From Burkholderiales bacterium (GTDB lineage Bacteria; Pseudomonadota; Gammaproteobacteria; Burkholderiales; SG8-39), in contig DATGGA010000029.1 of NCBI GenBank assembly GCA_035308765.1, positions 30,437-94,436 on the forward strand: a DNA stretch of 64,000 nucleotides, read 5' to 3'. The translations under genes were made by a program, and so were the position numbers. This document shows, in pieces, positions 24,484-39,288 of this stretch (positions are counted from its first letter, which is position 1; the number at the start of each line of letters is the position of its first letter). The notes beneath the pieces were generated by a model. It made no database searches. It saw only the letters and a list, made by a program, of their open reading frames with translations, and was not told where the DNA came from.

Positions 24484-25476
24484 TCAGGAAAACAGGCGCA
24501 GCGCAGCCGGGCTGCCGGGAGGTACGCCCCGAGCCTCCAGCCGCGCGCGGACAGCATCGAGCTGCACGGCTATCGCCTCGATCGCGCGCTCGTCGAGCGC
24601 ATTGCCGTTGTCGTCGGCCATGCTGCCGCCCAGTACCGCCGCGAGCTGGTGCGCGAGCCGCGTCATGGATTCGAAGGAATGGCGCATGTCCGGCGTGCGC
24701 GGAACGTCCAGCGCGAGCGTGAGCGAAGCGGGCGTGGCCTCGCGTATCGTCGCCGCCGAGAACGCCGTGCCGTCGCGCGCCCCCAGCGTGTAGAGCAGGC
24801 GTTGTTCGTCGTTGCGCAACGCGAACTTTCCGTCCGGCTCTAGCGCCAGGCCGCTCGCTTCGGCGGCGGCGCGGATTTTGGTGCCTGCAAACGGCCCGCC
24901 CAGGACATGGACGACGACCTGAATGTCGGTTTCGGCACAGAAATCGTCCAGCAAACGGGCCGCATCCACTGCGGTCCGCATTTCCGGCGCCGATACCGTG
25001 GCGCCGGCGGCGGCGGCCAAGGTTTCGACCGCTGAACGGAATTCGATCAGGTCAGCCTCGCCAATGGCGCCGTCGCGGGAAACCAGCTGCAGCCCGGCAC
25101 GCCAGGACTTGCCGTCGGCGGATCCGGCCAGCAACGCCCGCCGCGCGTGCCTTCGCTCTATGGCGTGCCATTGCTCGCGCAACCCAGCCGGCGTCAAGGA
25201 ATGCCCGGCGGTGAATTCCACGATGTAATCGATGGCAGGGTCAGGCTGTGCCGCCGCGTCCGGCGCCGCGGGGCGCACGGCTGGCCGCAGGCTTTCCTGC
25301 GGCGCGTCCCGGCCGCTCTCCGCAGCATGCGGCTCCATCAGCGCATCCACATGGCCGGAACGGAAGGCTCTTTCCGCCGCGCGCCGGGCGCCGCGCTCCT
25401 GCAGGCGGTTGTATATCAGCACGCCGGTCACCACCAGCGCTCCGATCGCGAGCAGGCCGATCTGAAGCTCGGTCAT
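24484..25476 (-). CDS. zipA: ZipA-like cell division protein (N-terminal anchor, C-terminal FtsZ-binding domain)
   Basis: N-terminal TM helix, C-terminal LALDVPR..MADDNG; typical smc-zipA-ligA position. Confidence 0.75.
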   Translation of the reverse strand: MTELQIGLLAIGALVVTGVLIYNRLQERGARRAAERAFRSGHVDALMEPHAAESGRDAPQESLRPAVRPAAPDAAAQPDPAIDYIVEFTAGHSLTPAGLREQWHAIERRHARRALLAGSADGKSWRAGLQLVSRDGAIGEADLIEFRSAVETLAAAAGATVSAPEMRTAVDAARLLDDFCAETDIQVVVHVLGGPFAGTKIRAAAEASGLALEPDGKFALRNDEQRLLYTLGARDGTAFSAATIREATPASLTLALDVPRTPDMRHSFESMTRLAHQLAAVLGGSMADDNGNALDERAIEAIAVQLDAVRARLEARGVPPGSPAALRLFS

Positions 25477-25525
25477 GGCCTGGACATGGAGAACTGCGCC
25501 GCCTGTGGAGGCCCGCTGCGGGGGC

Positions 25526-28500
25526 TCAGGCGGCGAGCTCCTCCCGGATGCGCAACGCTTCCTCGATGTCCACTTCCACCACGCGCGATACGCCGGACTC
25601 CGGCATCGTGACGCCGATCAGCTGCGTCGCCATTTCCATCGTGATCTTGTTGTGGCTGATAAACAGGAACTGGGTCTGCCCGGACATTTTCCGCACCAAG
25701 TCGCAAAAGCGCGTGGTGTTGCTGTCGTCGAGCGGCGCATCGACCTCGTCCAGCAGGCAGAACGGCGCCGGATTGAGCTGGAACATCGCGAACACCAGCG
25801 AGATCGCCGTCAGGGCCTTCTCGCCGCCGGACAGCAGATGGATGCTGCTGTTGCGTTTGCCGGGCGGGTGGGCCATTACCTGCACCCCTGCGTCGAGGAT
25901 TTCCTCGCCGGTCATGACAAGCCTGGCCTCGCCGCCGCCGAACAGCACCGGGAACAACGAGCCGAAATGCCGGTTGACGCTGTCGAAGGTCTCGCGCAGC
26001 AATTCGCGCGTTTCGCGGTCGATGCGCCGGATCGCGTCTTCCAGCGTCGCCACGGCCTCCTCCAGGTCGGCCGACTGCGAATCGAGGAAACCCTTGCGCT
26101 CGCGGCCGCTTGCCAGCTCGTCCAGCGCCGCCAGGTTCACCGCGCCGAGCTCGCTCACTGACTGGGTAAGCCGCGTGATCTCGCCCTGCAGCGCGGACGG
26201 ACGCGGCGCGTCGTCGGCCTGCGCCGCCAGCCGGGCCTCGTCGGCGCTGGCATCGTGCAGCTGCATTTCATACTGGTCGTGGCTGATCCGCGCCGCCTGC
26301 TCCTTGAGCCGCAGCTCGTTGATCCGCTCGCGCAGCGGCGCAAGCGAATTCTCGATCTTCAGGCGCTCTTCCTCCAGCGCACGCAAAGCGTTTGCCGCCG
26401 CTTCCACTGTTTCGCGCGCGCCGGACAGCGTCTTCTCGCACGACATCCGCGACTCGGCCGCCGCGCCCAGCGCGCTGCGCACGGCGGGCACCGGGTCCAC
26501 CGCCAGTTCGGCGGTCAGGCGCCCTACTTCCTCCTCCGCGCGCACGATCTGCTGGTCGATCATGCGCACAGAATTGTCGATCTCGGAAATTTTCGCCGAC
26601 ACCTCGCGCTCGCCGAACACCGCGTCCTGCGCCTCGCGCTCGGCCTGCTGCGCACGCACCCTCTGCTCGGCGAGCGCGGTCTCCGCGGCCACATAGCCGG
26701 CGCGGACGCCCTCCAGCTTTTCCTTGGCGCCGCGAATCTCGCCGGCGATGCGCGCCAGCGCGGTCTTCGACTCGGCGAGCCGCAGGCCGTCGCGTTCCGC
26801 TTCCAGGCCGACTGCGCCCAATTCATCCCGGATCTGCGCCGTGCGTTCTCGGTAGCGCTCCTGCGCCTGGCCCAATTTGAGCGCTTCGATCTGGGCGGCG
26901 TGCTTCTCCTGCTGCCTGGCGCCCACCGCGTCCCGCGCCTGCTCCAGCGCGCCCATGCGTTCGGCCAGCTGGCCGCCGAGGCGATCCGATTGCGCACGCG
27001 CCGCTTCAGCCCGCTGCGAGAGCCCGCGGCAGCGCTCTTCGAGGGCCTCGATATCCGACTGGCGAGCAAGAATGCCTGCATCAGCCGAATCCGGCGCGTG
27101 AAAACCGATCGTGTAGCGCGTGAACTGATCGCCTTCCCGGTTGACCAGCAGCACGCCGGGCGGCAGCGCCGCCCGCCGGGCCGCGTCGGGCGCTCCCTCC
27201 ACGACGTAGACGGACGCGAGCCAGTCCGCCAGCGCACCCGCGAGGCCGGCATCGATCGCATGGACTTTGTTCTGCAGCGGCGTGAGCCCGGCCAGCGTCG
27301 CAGCGCTGGCGGCAGCGCCCGGGCCGAAGAGACTCGCCTTGACCGGCGGCCGGTCGCCGCCGAGAGGACTGCTGTCCCGCAGTTCCAGCGCATGCAGCCG
27401 CTCGCGCAGCACCGACTCGACCGCAGTTTCCCAGCCGTGGTCGATGCGGATTTTCTGCCAGAAACGCGGCAAGGCGGCGAGCTGGTGGCGTTCCAGCCAC
27501 GCGTGCAGCGGCGCGTCCTCCTCTGCCGCGGCCTGGACCTGCTTCAGGGTCGCCAGCTGGGCATCCGCCGCGGTGAGTTCGCGGACCGCTTCCGCATGGG
27601 CATCGGCGGCAGCCGTATTGGCCAGCGCCAGCGCTTCCGTTTCCGCCTGCAACGCATCCAGTCCCGCCTGCGCATCCGCGATCGCGCGGTCCAGTTGCAG
27701 CACGCGTACGTTCGCGGCAGCGGTCGCCGCGGCGTCCGGCTCGGCCAGCGCCTGCAGCTCCGCCTCGAGACGTTCGCGCCGCTGCGAAAGAGACTGCAGA
27801 GTGCCTTCGAGGTGCGCCACGCTCTGCTGTTCGAGCAGCAGCCGGCTCTCGACCTGCAGCAGCCTGCTGCGGGACTCGTTCAATTGTTCCTGTACCGCGC
27901 GATAGGCCCTCTCCGACTCGGGAAGGCGCGCGTTCTCCGTCGCCAGGGTGGCCTGCGCGTCCGCAACACGCTGCTTCGCCCCGCCGGAGCGCGCTGCCCA
28001 CATGTGCAGCGCCTGCGTCAGCTGCGAACGCTGCTCCCGCCACGAGGTGAGCTGGGCCCTGCGTTCGGTGTGCTGGCTTTCAAGCCGGTTGCGGCTCTCC
28101 TCGACGTGGCGCAACTCCGATTCGTGCCGCGCAACCTCGGCGTTCGCCGCATAGACAGCGGCCTGCGCCGCGTTCAGCGCATCGCCGGCCCCGTAGTGCG
28201 CTATCCGCGCGGTTTCGGCCCGGCTCTCGACTTCCCGCAACTGCGCGGTGCCGGCCTCGACTTCGGTCGTGACCTTCGCGATCTCCTTTGCGTGCCGCTC
28301 CCGCTCTACGGCCGCGTCCTTGCGGCGCACGAACCAGAGCAGGTGCTGCCTGAATTGCAGTTCCTGTTGCAGCTCCTTGTACCGGGAAGCGATCTTCGCC
28401 TGCCCCTCCAGTTTTTCGATCTGTGCGCCGAGTTCGGTGCGGATGTCGGTCACGCGGGCCAGGTTTTCACGCGTATCGGAGAGCCGGTGCTCGGTTTCCT

Positions 28501-29032
28501 TGCGCCGCTCCTTGTAGCGCGAAATGCCGGCAGCCTCTTCGAGAAAGATCCGCAGCTCGTCCGGCCTGGCTTCGATCACCCGGGAGATCATTCCCTGCTC
28601 GATGATCGCGTAGGCGCGCGGGCCGAGGCCGGTGCCGAGAAACACGTCGGTGATGTCCCGGCGCCGGACATGCGTGCCGTTGATGTAATAGGAGGATTCG
28701 CCGTCGCGTTGCAGCACCCGCCGGACCGACAGCTCGGCATATTGCGACCACTGACCGGCCGCGCGGCCCATGGTGTTGTCGAACATCAGCTCGACGCTGG
28801 CGCGCGCCACCGGCTTGCGCGTTCCGGCGCCGTTGAAGATAACGTCCTGCATCGAGTCGCCCCGCAGCGCCGAGGCGCGCGATTCGCCCAGCACCCAGCG
28901 CACCGCGTCGATGACGTTGGACTTGCCGCAGCCGTTCGGGCCCACGATCCCGACCAGCTGGCCAGGGACGTGGATGGAGGTGGGATCGACGAAAGATTTA
29001 AAGCCGGAAAGCTTGACTTGAGTGAGGCGCAC
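25526..29032 (-). CDS. smc: Chromosome segregation protein SMC
   Basis: [14 protein letters not shown], long coiled coils, [15 protein letters not shown]; GTG start inferred. Confidence 0.97.
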   Translation of the reverse strand: MRLTQVKLSGFKSFVDPTSIHVPGQLVGIVGPNGCGKSNVIDAVRWVLGESRASALRGDSMQDVIFNGAGTRKPVARASVELMFDNTMGRAAGQWSQYAELSVRRVLQRDGESSYYINGTHVRRRDITDVFLGTGLGPRAYAIIEQGMISRVIEARPDELRIFLEEAAGISRYKERRKETEHRLSDTRENLARVTDIRTELGAQIEKLEGQAKIASRYKELQQELQFRQHLLWFVRRKDAAVERERHAKEIAKVTTEVEAGTAQLREVESRAETARIAHYGAGDALNAAQAAVYAANAEVARHESELRHVEESRNRLESQHTERRAQLTSWREQRSQLTQALHMWAARSGGAKQRVADAQATLATENARLPESERAYRAVQEQLNESRSRLLQVESRLLLEQQSVAHLEGTLQSLSQRRERLEAELQALAEPDAAATAAANVRVLQLDRAIADAQAGLDALQAETEALALANTAAADAHAEAVRELTAADAQLATLKQVQAAAEEDAPLHAWLERHQLAALPRFWQKIRIDHGWETAVESVLRERLHALELRDSSPLGGDRPPVKASLFGPGAAASAATLAGLTPLQNKVHAIDAGLAGALADWLASVYVVEGAPDAARRAALPPGVLLVNREGDQFTRYTIGFHAPDSADAGILARQSDIEALEERCRGLSQRAEAARAQSDRLGGQLAERMGALEQARDAVGARQQEKHAAQIEALKLGQAQERYRERTAQIRDELGAVGLEAERDGLRLAESKTALARIAGEIRGAKEKLEGVRAGYVAAETALAEQRVRAQQAEREAQDAVFGEREVSAKISEIDNSVRMIDQQIVRAEEEVGRLTAELAVDPVPAVRSALGAAAESRMSCEKTLSGARETVEAAANALRALEEERLKIENSLAPLRERINELRLKEQAARISHDQYEMQLHDASADEARLAAQADDAPRPSALQGEITRLTQSVSELGAVNLAALDELASGRERKGFLDSQSADLEEAVATLEDAIRRIDRETRELLRETFDSVNRHFGSLFPVLFGGGEARLVMTGEEILDAGVQVMAHPPGKRNSSIHLLSGGEKALTAISLVFAMFQLNPAPFCLLDEVDAPLDDSNTTRFCDLVRKMSGQTQFLFISHNKITMEMATQLIGVTMPESGVSRVVEVDIEEALRIREELAA

Positions 29033-29102
29033 GGAGTGTTTTCGAATTTTGAAAATGATACCATCCGGGCGCTGGTTTTCTGCCGCAATTTCCGAGCTTT
29101 TT

Positions 29103-29477
29103 ATGCCTTCGCGCCCAAGCAAGCGTCTGCAAACATTCGCCAATCCATCGCCTCGGCGGGACTACCGGATTTGCATGGAGATTCCGGAATTCACCTGCCT
29201 GTGCCCGATGACCGGCCAGCCGGATTTCGCGGTTCTGTCGCTGGAGTACGTTCCCGACAAGCTTTGCGTCGAGCTGAAGGCGCTCAAGCTCTACGTCTGG
29301 TCGTTCCGCGACGAAGGGGCCTTCCATGAAGCGGTCACCAACCGGATTCTCGACGACCTGGTGAAGGCGATGCGGCCCCGCTTCATATGCCTCACCGCGA
29401 AATTCAACGTACGCGGCGGCATTTACACCTCCGTCGTCGTCGAGCATCGTAAACGGGGCTGGAAAGCAAAAGATTGA
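29103..29477 (+). CDS. queF: NADPH-dependent preQ0 reductase, short single-domain type
   Basis: [32 protein letters not shown]. Confidence 0.93.
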   Translation: MPSRPSKRLQTFANPSPRRDYRICMEIPEFTCLCPMTGQPDFAVLSLEYVPDKLCVELKALKLYVWSFRDEGAFHEAVTNRILDDLVKAMRPRFICLTAKFNVRGGIYTSVVVEHRKRGWKAKD

Positions 29478-30633
29478 ATCCCCGCCTCGCCAGACTTCAG
29501 ACCTATCCGTTCGAAAGGCTGCGTGGACTGCTTGCCGGCGTGACGCCGAATCCGGCGCTGCGGCCCATCGACCTCTCGATCGGAGAACCGAAACATCCTA
29601 CCCCGGCGCTGGTCAAAGACGCCCTCGCGGGGGCGCTGGACGGCCTGTCGGCATACCCGCGCACCGCCGGCCTGCCGGAGCTGCGCGAAGCGATCGCCGG
29701 CTGGGCGCGGCGGCGCTATGCGCTGGCCGAGCTCGACGCCGAAACGCAGGTCCTGCCGGTCAACGGCAGCCGCGAGGCCTTGTTTTCTTTCGCTCAAACG
29801 GTCATAAACCCGGGCGCAACGGCGAAAGTCGTCTGCCCCAATCCGTTCTACCAGATCTACGAAGGCGCGGCGCTTCTCGCGGGCGCCACGCCCCTGTTCC
29901 TGAACGACGGCATGCGTTTCGACGCGATCGACTGGAACGGCGTGCAGCTTGCCTTTGCCTGCTCGCCCGGCAATCCGACGGGCCGCGTGCTGTCGCTCGA
30001 TCGATGGCGCGAACTGTTCCAGCTTTCCGACCGGCACGGCTTCGTGATCGCCTCCGACGAGTGCTATTCCGAAATCTATTGCGACGAAGCCAAGCCACCG
30101 CTGGGCGCTCTGGATGCGGCACGACGGCTCGGCAGGCCGGATTTCCGGCGGCTGGTCGTCTTCTCCAGCCTTTCGAAACGCTCCAACGCGCCCGGCATGC
30201 GCTCCGGTTTCGTCGCGGGCGATGCCGCTCTGCTCAAACCCTACCTGCTCTACCGCACCTATCACGGTTCCGCGATGAGCCATTCGGTACAGCGTGCTTC
30301 CATTGCCGCCTGGAACGATGAAGCGCATGTGCGCGAAAACCGGCGCCTGTACGCCGGGAAATACTCGGCCGCCTTGCCGTTGATTCAAGGCCCCCTGAAA
30401 ACGGAAGCGCCCGAAGGCGGGTTCTATCTGTGGATCAGGACTCCCATCGACGATACCGAGTTCGCCCGCGGCTTGCAGCGTGACTATAATGTGCTGGTCC
30501 TGCCGGGCAGCTATCTCGCGCGCGAAGCGCACGGGGAGAATCCCGGGAAAAATCACGTGCGCATCGCGCTGGTCGCGCCTCTCGCCGAGTGCGTGGAGGC
30601 GATGCAACGCATGGCGCGATTTACCAAGAGCCT

Positions 30634-30637
<4 letters not shown>
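29474..30637 (+). CDS. dapC: N-succinyldiaminopimelate aminotransferase
   Basis: [20 protein letters not shown]-lysine motif [15 protein letters not shown]; precedes dapD. Confidence 0.92.
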
Positions 30638-31437
<800 letters not shown>

Positions 31438-31470
31438 ACTAGGGCCATAGTGCATTATCGGGAGAGCAGC

Positions 31471-34632
<3,162 letters not shown>

Positions 34633-34638
34633 GGAAGG

Positions 34639-34714
34639 TGGGGTGACCGATGGGACTCGAACCCACAACAACCGGAATCACAATCCGGGACTCTACCATT
34701 GAGCTACGGCCACC
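34639..34714 (-). tRNA. tRNA-His(GTG)
   Basis: Cloverleaf with G-1:C73, anticodon loop TTGTGAT, GTTCGAG T-loop, encoded CCA. Confidence 0.96.
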
Positions 34715-34733
34715 ATTGCGACTGCCATTCTAC

Positions 34734-34810
34734 TGGCCTGCCCGGCGGGACTCGAACCCACAACCCCCAGCTTAGAAGGCTGGTGCTCTATCCGGTTGAG
34801 CTACGGGCAG
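34734..34810 (-). tRNA. tRNA-Arg(TCT)
   Basis: CCAGC/GCTGG anticodon stem, loop CTTCTAA, encoded CCA. Confidence 0.96.
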
Positions 34811-34857
34811 ATTCGCTGCGTCCTGCCTGCATCCTGCCTTCACATCCGGGGCAGACC

Positions 34858-34934
34858 TGGTCGGGGTGGAGAGATTTGAACTCCCGACATCCTGCTCCCA
34901 AAGCAGGCGCGCTACCAGGCTGCGCTACACCCCG
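34858..34934 (-). tRNA. tRNA-Pro(TGG)
   Basis: CGGGGTG acceptor stem, anticodon loop TTTGGGA, encoded CCA. Confidence 0.96.
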
Positions 34935-35027
34935 AAAATCGGGCGCCAATGATACTCTTTTTTCGGCTTGCGGCAGAATGGCTTATCTGCTAAAAAGCCT
35001 CCTTCATTTTTTCAGCAGATGCCCGGA

Positions 35028-35453
35028 ATGCCATTGGAATTGAAGAAAAACGGTTTCGCGCCCTACGCCCCGAAAAAGGGCGAGGAGTACATGAACGCGA
35101 AGCAGCGCACCCATTTCCGAAAGATCCTCGAAAACCTCAAGTCCGAGCTTTCGCAGGAGATCGACCGCACCGTGCACACGATGCAGGACGAGGCGACGGT
35201 GTTCGCCGACCCGAACGACCGCGCCAGCCAGGAATCCGACATGGCGCTGGAACTGCGCAACCGCGACCGCGAGCGCAAGCTGATCAAGAAGATCGACGAG
35301 ACCATCGCCCGCATCGACGCCAACGAGTACGGCTATTGCGAGAGCTGCGGGGTCGAGATCGGGCTGAAGCGCCTGGAAGCGCGGCCCACCGCTACGCTCT
35401 GCATCGATTGCAAGACCCTAGATGAGATGCGCGAGCGGCAGGTGGCCAAGTAA
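35028..35453 (+). CDS. dksA: RNA polymerase-binding protein DksA
   Basis: FADPNDRASQE coiled-coil tip; 4-Cys Zn finger CESC..CIDC; start could also be 35019. Confidence 0.95.
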   Translation: MPLELKKNGFAPYAPKKGEEYMNAKQRTHFRKILENLKSELSQEIDRTVHTMQDEATVFADPNDRASQESDMALELRNRDRERKLIKKIDETIARIDANEYGYCESCGVEIGLKRLEARPTATLCIDCKTLDEMRERQVAK

Positions 35454-35471
35454 GGCCCGGAAAAAACCTTT

Positions 35472-37577
35472 CTAGTTCTGCTTCGCGGCCTCGGGGGTCC
35501 CGACGGCCTTCATCGACAGGCGCACTCTGCCCTTGTCGTCGGCTTCCAGCACCTTGACCTTCACGATCTGGCCTTCCTTGAGGTGATCTGAAACGGCGTT
35601 GACGCGCTCGTTGCTGATCTGCGAAATGTGCAGCAGGCCGTCGCGGCCCGGCATGAGCTGCACGATGGCGCCGAAATCCAGCAGGCGCAGCACCGGGCCT
35701 TCGTAGACCTTGCCGACTTCTACGTCGGCGGTGAGGTCCTTGATGCGCTTCAGCGCCGCTTCGCCGCCTTCCGGCGAGACGCAGGCGATAGAAATCATGC
35801 CGTCGTCCTCGATCTCGATGGTGGTGCCGGTCTCCTCCTGGATGCCGCGGATCACCACGCCGCCCTTGCCGATGACGTCCCGGATCTTGTCCGGGTTGAT
35901 CTTGATCTTGAGGATGCGCGGCGCGAAGCTGGAGAGTTCGGTGCGCGAGCCGCCCATCGCCTGTTTCATCTGCGCCAGGATGTGCATGCGAGCTTCGCGC
36001 GCCTGGGCCAGCGCCACCTGCATGATGCCCTTGTTGATGGATTCGATCTTCAGGTCCATCTGCAGCGCGGTCAGGCCTTTTTCGGTGCCTGCCACCTTGA
36101 AGTCCATGTCGCCGAGGTGATCTTCGTCGCCGAGGATGTCGGTCAGCACCGCGAAGCGGTTGCCTTCCTTGATCAGGCCCATGGCGATGCCCGCCACGTG
36201 GTCCTTGATCGGCACGCCGGCATCCATCAGCGCGAGGCTGCCGCCGCAGACCGACGCCATCGAGGAAGAGCCGTTCGACTCGGTGATTTCGGAAACGATG
36301 CGCAGCGAATAGCCGAAGTCGGCGGCCGGCGGCAGCATGCCCACCAGCGAGCGCTTCGCCAGGCGGCCATGGCCGATTTCGCGGCGCTTGGTGAATCCGT
36401 AACGGCCGGTTTCGCCGGTTGCGTACGGAGGCATGTTGTAGTGGAACATGAAGCGCTCGCGGTACTCGCCAGCCAGCGCGTCGATGATCTGCTCGTCGCG
36501 GCCGGTGCCCAGGGTGACGGTGACCAGCGCCTGGGTTTCGCCGCGCGTGAACAGCGCCGATCCATGGGTGCGCGGCAGCACGCCGGTGCGGATGGTGATC
36601 GGACGCACGGTGCGAGTGTCGCGGCCGTCGATGCGCGGCTCGCCGTCCAGGATCTTGTTGCGCACGATCTTCGACTCGAGCGCAAAGCACAGGTCGTTCA
36701 CGGTGTTGGCATCGGGTCCGCCTTCGCTGCCTGCGCCGACGGCCTCGTGCACGCGCTTCGAGATCGCCTTGAGGGCGTCCGAGCGCGCGCTTTTCTGCCG
36801 CATGTCGAACGCCTTGCGCAGGTCGCCTTCGATGAGCTCGCCGATCTTCGCGGCCAGCGCTTCGTCCTTCGCAGGCGCCTTCCAGTCCCAGGATGGCTTG
36901 GCGGCCTGCTCGGCCAGTTCCTCGATAGCGGCGATCGCAGCCTGCATCTGCTCGTGGCCGTAGACCACGGCGCCTAGCATCACGTCTTCCGGCAGTTCGA
37001 GCGCTTCCGACTCGACCATCAGCACGCCCTGGCTGGTGCCCGCGACCACCAGGTTCAGCTGCGACTCCTTGAGCTGCGACAGCGTCGGATTGAGCACGTA
37101 CTGGCCGTTGACGTAGCCGACGCGCGCCGCGCCGATCGGGCCCGCGAAAGGCACACCCGACAGCGTGAGCGCCGCCGATACCGCGATCATGGCCGGGATG
37201 TCGGCGTCGACTTCCGGATTCAGCGACAGGACCTGCGCCACCACCTGCACTTCGTTGTAGAAGCCGTCCGGGAACAGCGGCCGGATCGGGCGGTCGATGA
37301 GGCGGCTGGTCAGGGTTTCCTTCTCGGTCGGCCGGCCTTCGCGCTTGAAGAAGCCGCCCGGGATCTTGCCCGCGGCATAGGTCTTCTCGGCGTAGTCCAC
37401 CGTGAGCGGGAAGAAGCTCTGCCCGGGCTTGGGCGATTTCGAAGCCGTGACCGCGGCGAGGACCACAGTGTCGTCCACCGTGATGAGTACGGCGCCATGT
37501 GCCTGGCGGGCGATTTCCCCGGTCTCCAGCGTGACCTGCTGCGTGCCGAGGGTGAAGGTTTTCTTGATCGGGTTCAA
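35472..37577 (-). CDS. pnp: Polyribonucleotide nucleotidyltransferase
   Basis: [42 protein letters not shown] and S1 domains; TTG start with GAGGA SD inferred. Confidence 0.97.
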   Translation of the reverse strand: MNPIKKTFTLGTQQVTLETGEIARQAHGAVLITVDDTVVLAAVTASKSPKPGQSFFPLTVDYAEKTYAAGKIPGGFFKREGRPTEKETLTSRLIDRPIRPLFPDGFYNEVQVVAQVLSLNPEVDADIPAMIAVSAALTLSGVPFAGPIGAARVGYVNGQYVLNPTLSQLKESQLNLVVAGTSQGVLMVESEALELPEDVMLGAVVYGHEQMQAAIAAIEELAEQAAKPSWDWKAPAKDEALAAKIGELIEGDLRKAFDMRQKSARSDALKAISKRVHEAVGAGSEGGPDANTVNDLCFALESKIVRNKILDGEPRIDGRDTRTVRPITIRTGVLPRTHGSALFTRGETQALVTVTLGTGRDEQIIDALAGEYRERFMFHYNMPPYATGETGRYGFTKRREIGHGRLAKRSLVGMLPPAADFGYSLRIVSEITESNGSSSMASVCGGSLALMDAGVPIKDHVAGIAMGLIKEGNRFAVLTDILGDEDHLGDMDFKVAGTEKGLTALQMDLKIESINKGIMQVALAQAREARMHILAQMKQAMGGSRTELSSFAPRILKIKINPDKIRDVIGKGGVVIRGIQEETGTTIEIEDDGMISIACVSPEGGEAALKRIKDLTADVEVGKVYEGPVLRLLDFGAIVQLMPGRDGLLHISQISNERVNAVSDHLKEGQIVKVKVLEADDKGRVRLSMKAVGTPEAAKQN

Positions 37578-37600
37578 AGGGAATCCTCTGTGTTGGGGCG

Positions 37601-37634
37601 CAAACAAAAAACGCTCACCGTTCGGATGAGCGTT
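37601..37634 (-). terminator. Intrinsic terminator between rpsO and pnp
   Basis: Minus strand AACGCTCA-(9 nt)-TGAGCGTT followed by TTTTGTTTG. Confidence 0.75.
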
Positions 37635-37674
37635 GGTTGCTACGGCATTCGGGAAAAAGCGATGGCTGCGGAGG

Positions 37675-37944
37675 CTACTTGCGCAGGCCGAGCTGCTCGA
37701 TCAGCGAGCGGTACTTGTCCGCGTTGCTGCGCTTCAGGTAATCCAGCAGCTTGCGGCGCTGGCTGACCATTTTCAACAGCCCGCGGCGCGAATGGAAATC
37801 CTTGACGTGCGACTTGAAATGCCCGGCCAGGCTGTTGATTCGCTCGGTGAGGAGCGCGATCTGCACTTCCGTGGACCCGGTATCGTTCCCGGCCCGCTGG
37901 TGCTGCTTTACGACTTGCGCTTTCTGCGCAACCTGCAAACTCAT
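37675..37944 (-). CDS. rpsO: 30S ribosomal protein S15
   Basis: [35 protein letters not shown]. Confidence 0.97.
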   Translation of the reverse strand: MSLQVAQKAQVVKQHQRAGNDTGSTEVQIALLTERINSLAGHFKSHVKDFHSRRGLLKMVSQRRKLLDYLKRSNADKYRSLIEQLGLRK

Positions 37945-37982
37945 ACGTTTCTCTCTTGGTTGGCTCTGTGTGTGAGGCGGGC

Positions 37983-38012
37983 ATTCTAGCGGAAAATCCG
38001 GCCAATTTACAA
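37983..38012 (-). promoter_or_regulatory. sigma70-type promoter for rpsO-pnp
   Basis: TTGTAA-N18-TAGAAT on the minus strand in a locally AT-rich intergenic region. Confidence 0.6.
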
Positions 38013-38027
38013 GTTTTTCTTGGTATT

Positions 38028-38909
38028 TCAGCCGCTTGCAAGCAGCCGGACGGGGTGCAGACCGCCCTGCGCGCGCACTTCCCCGACCCCGAGCAGCGCG
38101 CCCGCCGCGCCGTAGACGCTTCGCGGCCCTTGGCTTGCCTCCACGGGAACGGCCTGCCCGTTGAGAAACCGCCGTGCCTGCTCTTCCGCCAGCTCAAGGC
38201 GCGGTAGATCGGCCAGCAAGCTGTCCGCCGGCAGCAACCAGCCCCGCCGGGCGTCGTCGCCCAGCGCCTGCAGGTCTTCCAGCGTCACCGCGCGGTCCAG
38301 CCTGAAACCTGCGACCGCCGTTCTGCGCAGCGCCTCAAGGTGGGCGACGGTGCCCAGTTCGGCTCCGAGATCCACCGCGAGCTGGCGGATGTAGGTTCCT
38401 TTGCTGCATTTCACTCGCAGGTGTAGCCTGTCCTGCGCGAACTCGAGCAGCTCGAGCTCGTGCACGGTGATGCTTCGCGCGCTACGCTCAACCGATCGCC
38501 CGGCGCGCGCCAGCGCATACAGCGGTCGCCCTTCATGCTTGAGCGCCGAATACATCGGCGGTACCTGTTCGATCGCGCCCCGGAAGCGCTCCAGGGCACG
38601 TGCGACCGCAGCCGCGTCCACTGCGGCCGGGCGCCGCTCCAGCACCTGACCTTCGGCGTCGCCCGTATCCGTGAGCACGCCCAGCCGTACCTGCGCCCGG
38701 TACTCTTTGATGGAATCGAGCCCGAACTGAGCGAATTTGGTGGCTTCGCCGAACAGCAGCGGCAGCAGGCCCGAAGCCATGGGGTCGAGCGTACCTGCGT
38801 GGCCCGCCTTTTCGGCTTCCAGCAGGCGCTTCACCGCCTGCAGCACGGCGCTGGAGCTCGGCCCAACCGGCTTGTCCAGCAGCAACACCCCGTCCAGCTT
38901 GCGCAGCAT
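38028..38909 (-). CDS. truB: tRNA pseudouridine(55) synthase
   Basis: [30 protein letters not shown]. Confidence 0.96.
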   Translation of the reverse strand: MLRKLDGVLLLDKPVGPSSSAVLQAVKRLLEAEKAGHAGTLDPMASGLLPLLFGEATKFAQFGLDSIKEYRAQVRLGVLTDTGDAEGQVLERRPAAVDAAAVARALERFRGAIEQVPPMYSALKHEGRPLYALARAGRSVERSARSITVHELELLEFAQDRLHLRVKCSKGTYIRQLAVDLGAELGTVAHLEALRRTAVAGFRLDRAVTLEDLQALGDDARRGWLLPADSLLADLPRLELAEEQARRFLNGQAVPVEASQGPRSVYGAAGALLGVGEVRAQGGLHPVRLLASG

Positions 38910-38921
38910 CAGCCGCAGTTC

Positions 38922-39269
38922 CTATCGCTTCGGCGGAACGACGCTGTTGATCAATTGCGACAGGCGGTCGCCCCTCTCCACCGACTCGTCGTAGACAAAG
39001 CGCAGTTCGGGCGTGGTGTACATCTTCATACGGTGCGCAAGCAGGGAGCGCAGGAAACCCGAGGCGCGCTGCAGGGCCTTGGCGGTTCCGACCAGCTTTT
39101 CCTTCTCCAGAATAGTGAAGAAAACCTTGGCGTGCGACAGGTCGGGAGAAACGTCGACCGAGGTCAGCGTCACCATGCCGACGCGGGGATCGCGCACTTC
39201 GCGGCGCAACAGCTCGGAGAGTTCCCTCTGGATCAGGTCGGCCACCTTTTGCGGCCGTCCCCGGCTCAC
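38922..39269 (-). CDS. rbfA: Ribosome-binding factor A
   Basis: RPQKVADLIQRELS, DPRV, SPDLSHAKVF, TPELRFVYD; GTG start inferred. Confidence 0.95.
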   Translation of the reverse strand: MSRGRPQKVADLIQRELSELLRREVRDPRVGMVTLTSVDVSPDLSHAKVFFTILEKEKLVGTAKALQRASGFLRSLLAHRMKMYTTPELRFVYDESVERGDRLSQLINSVVPPKR

Positions 39270-39288
39270 GGCAACAACCGCCTTCGGC

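Noticed and set aside
29033-29102. preQ1 riboswitch upstream of queF
   Set aside because: The short leader shows no preQ1-type stem with a 3' A-rich pseudoknot tail that I can recognise.
26255-29329. 1024-aa plus-strand ORF, and similar long ORFs such as 39445-41925, 50171-52393, 30553-32943 and 6767-8401
   Set aside because: They lie antisense to, or out of frame with, well-supported genes (smc, infB, the oxidoreductase, dapD/pilU, bamA), have no recognisable motifs, and are expected in GC-rich DNA where stop codons are rare.
34633-34934. Genomic island integrated at the tRNA cluster
   Set aside because: No integrase, no duplicated tRNA 3' end, and core genes directly flank both sides.
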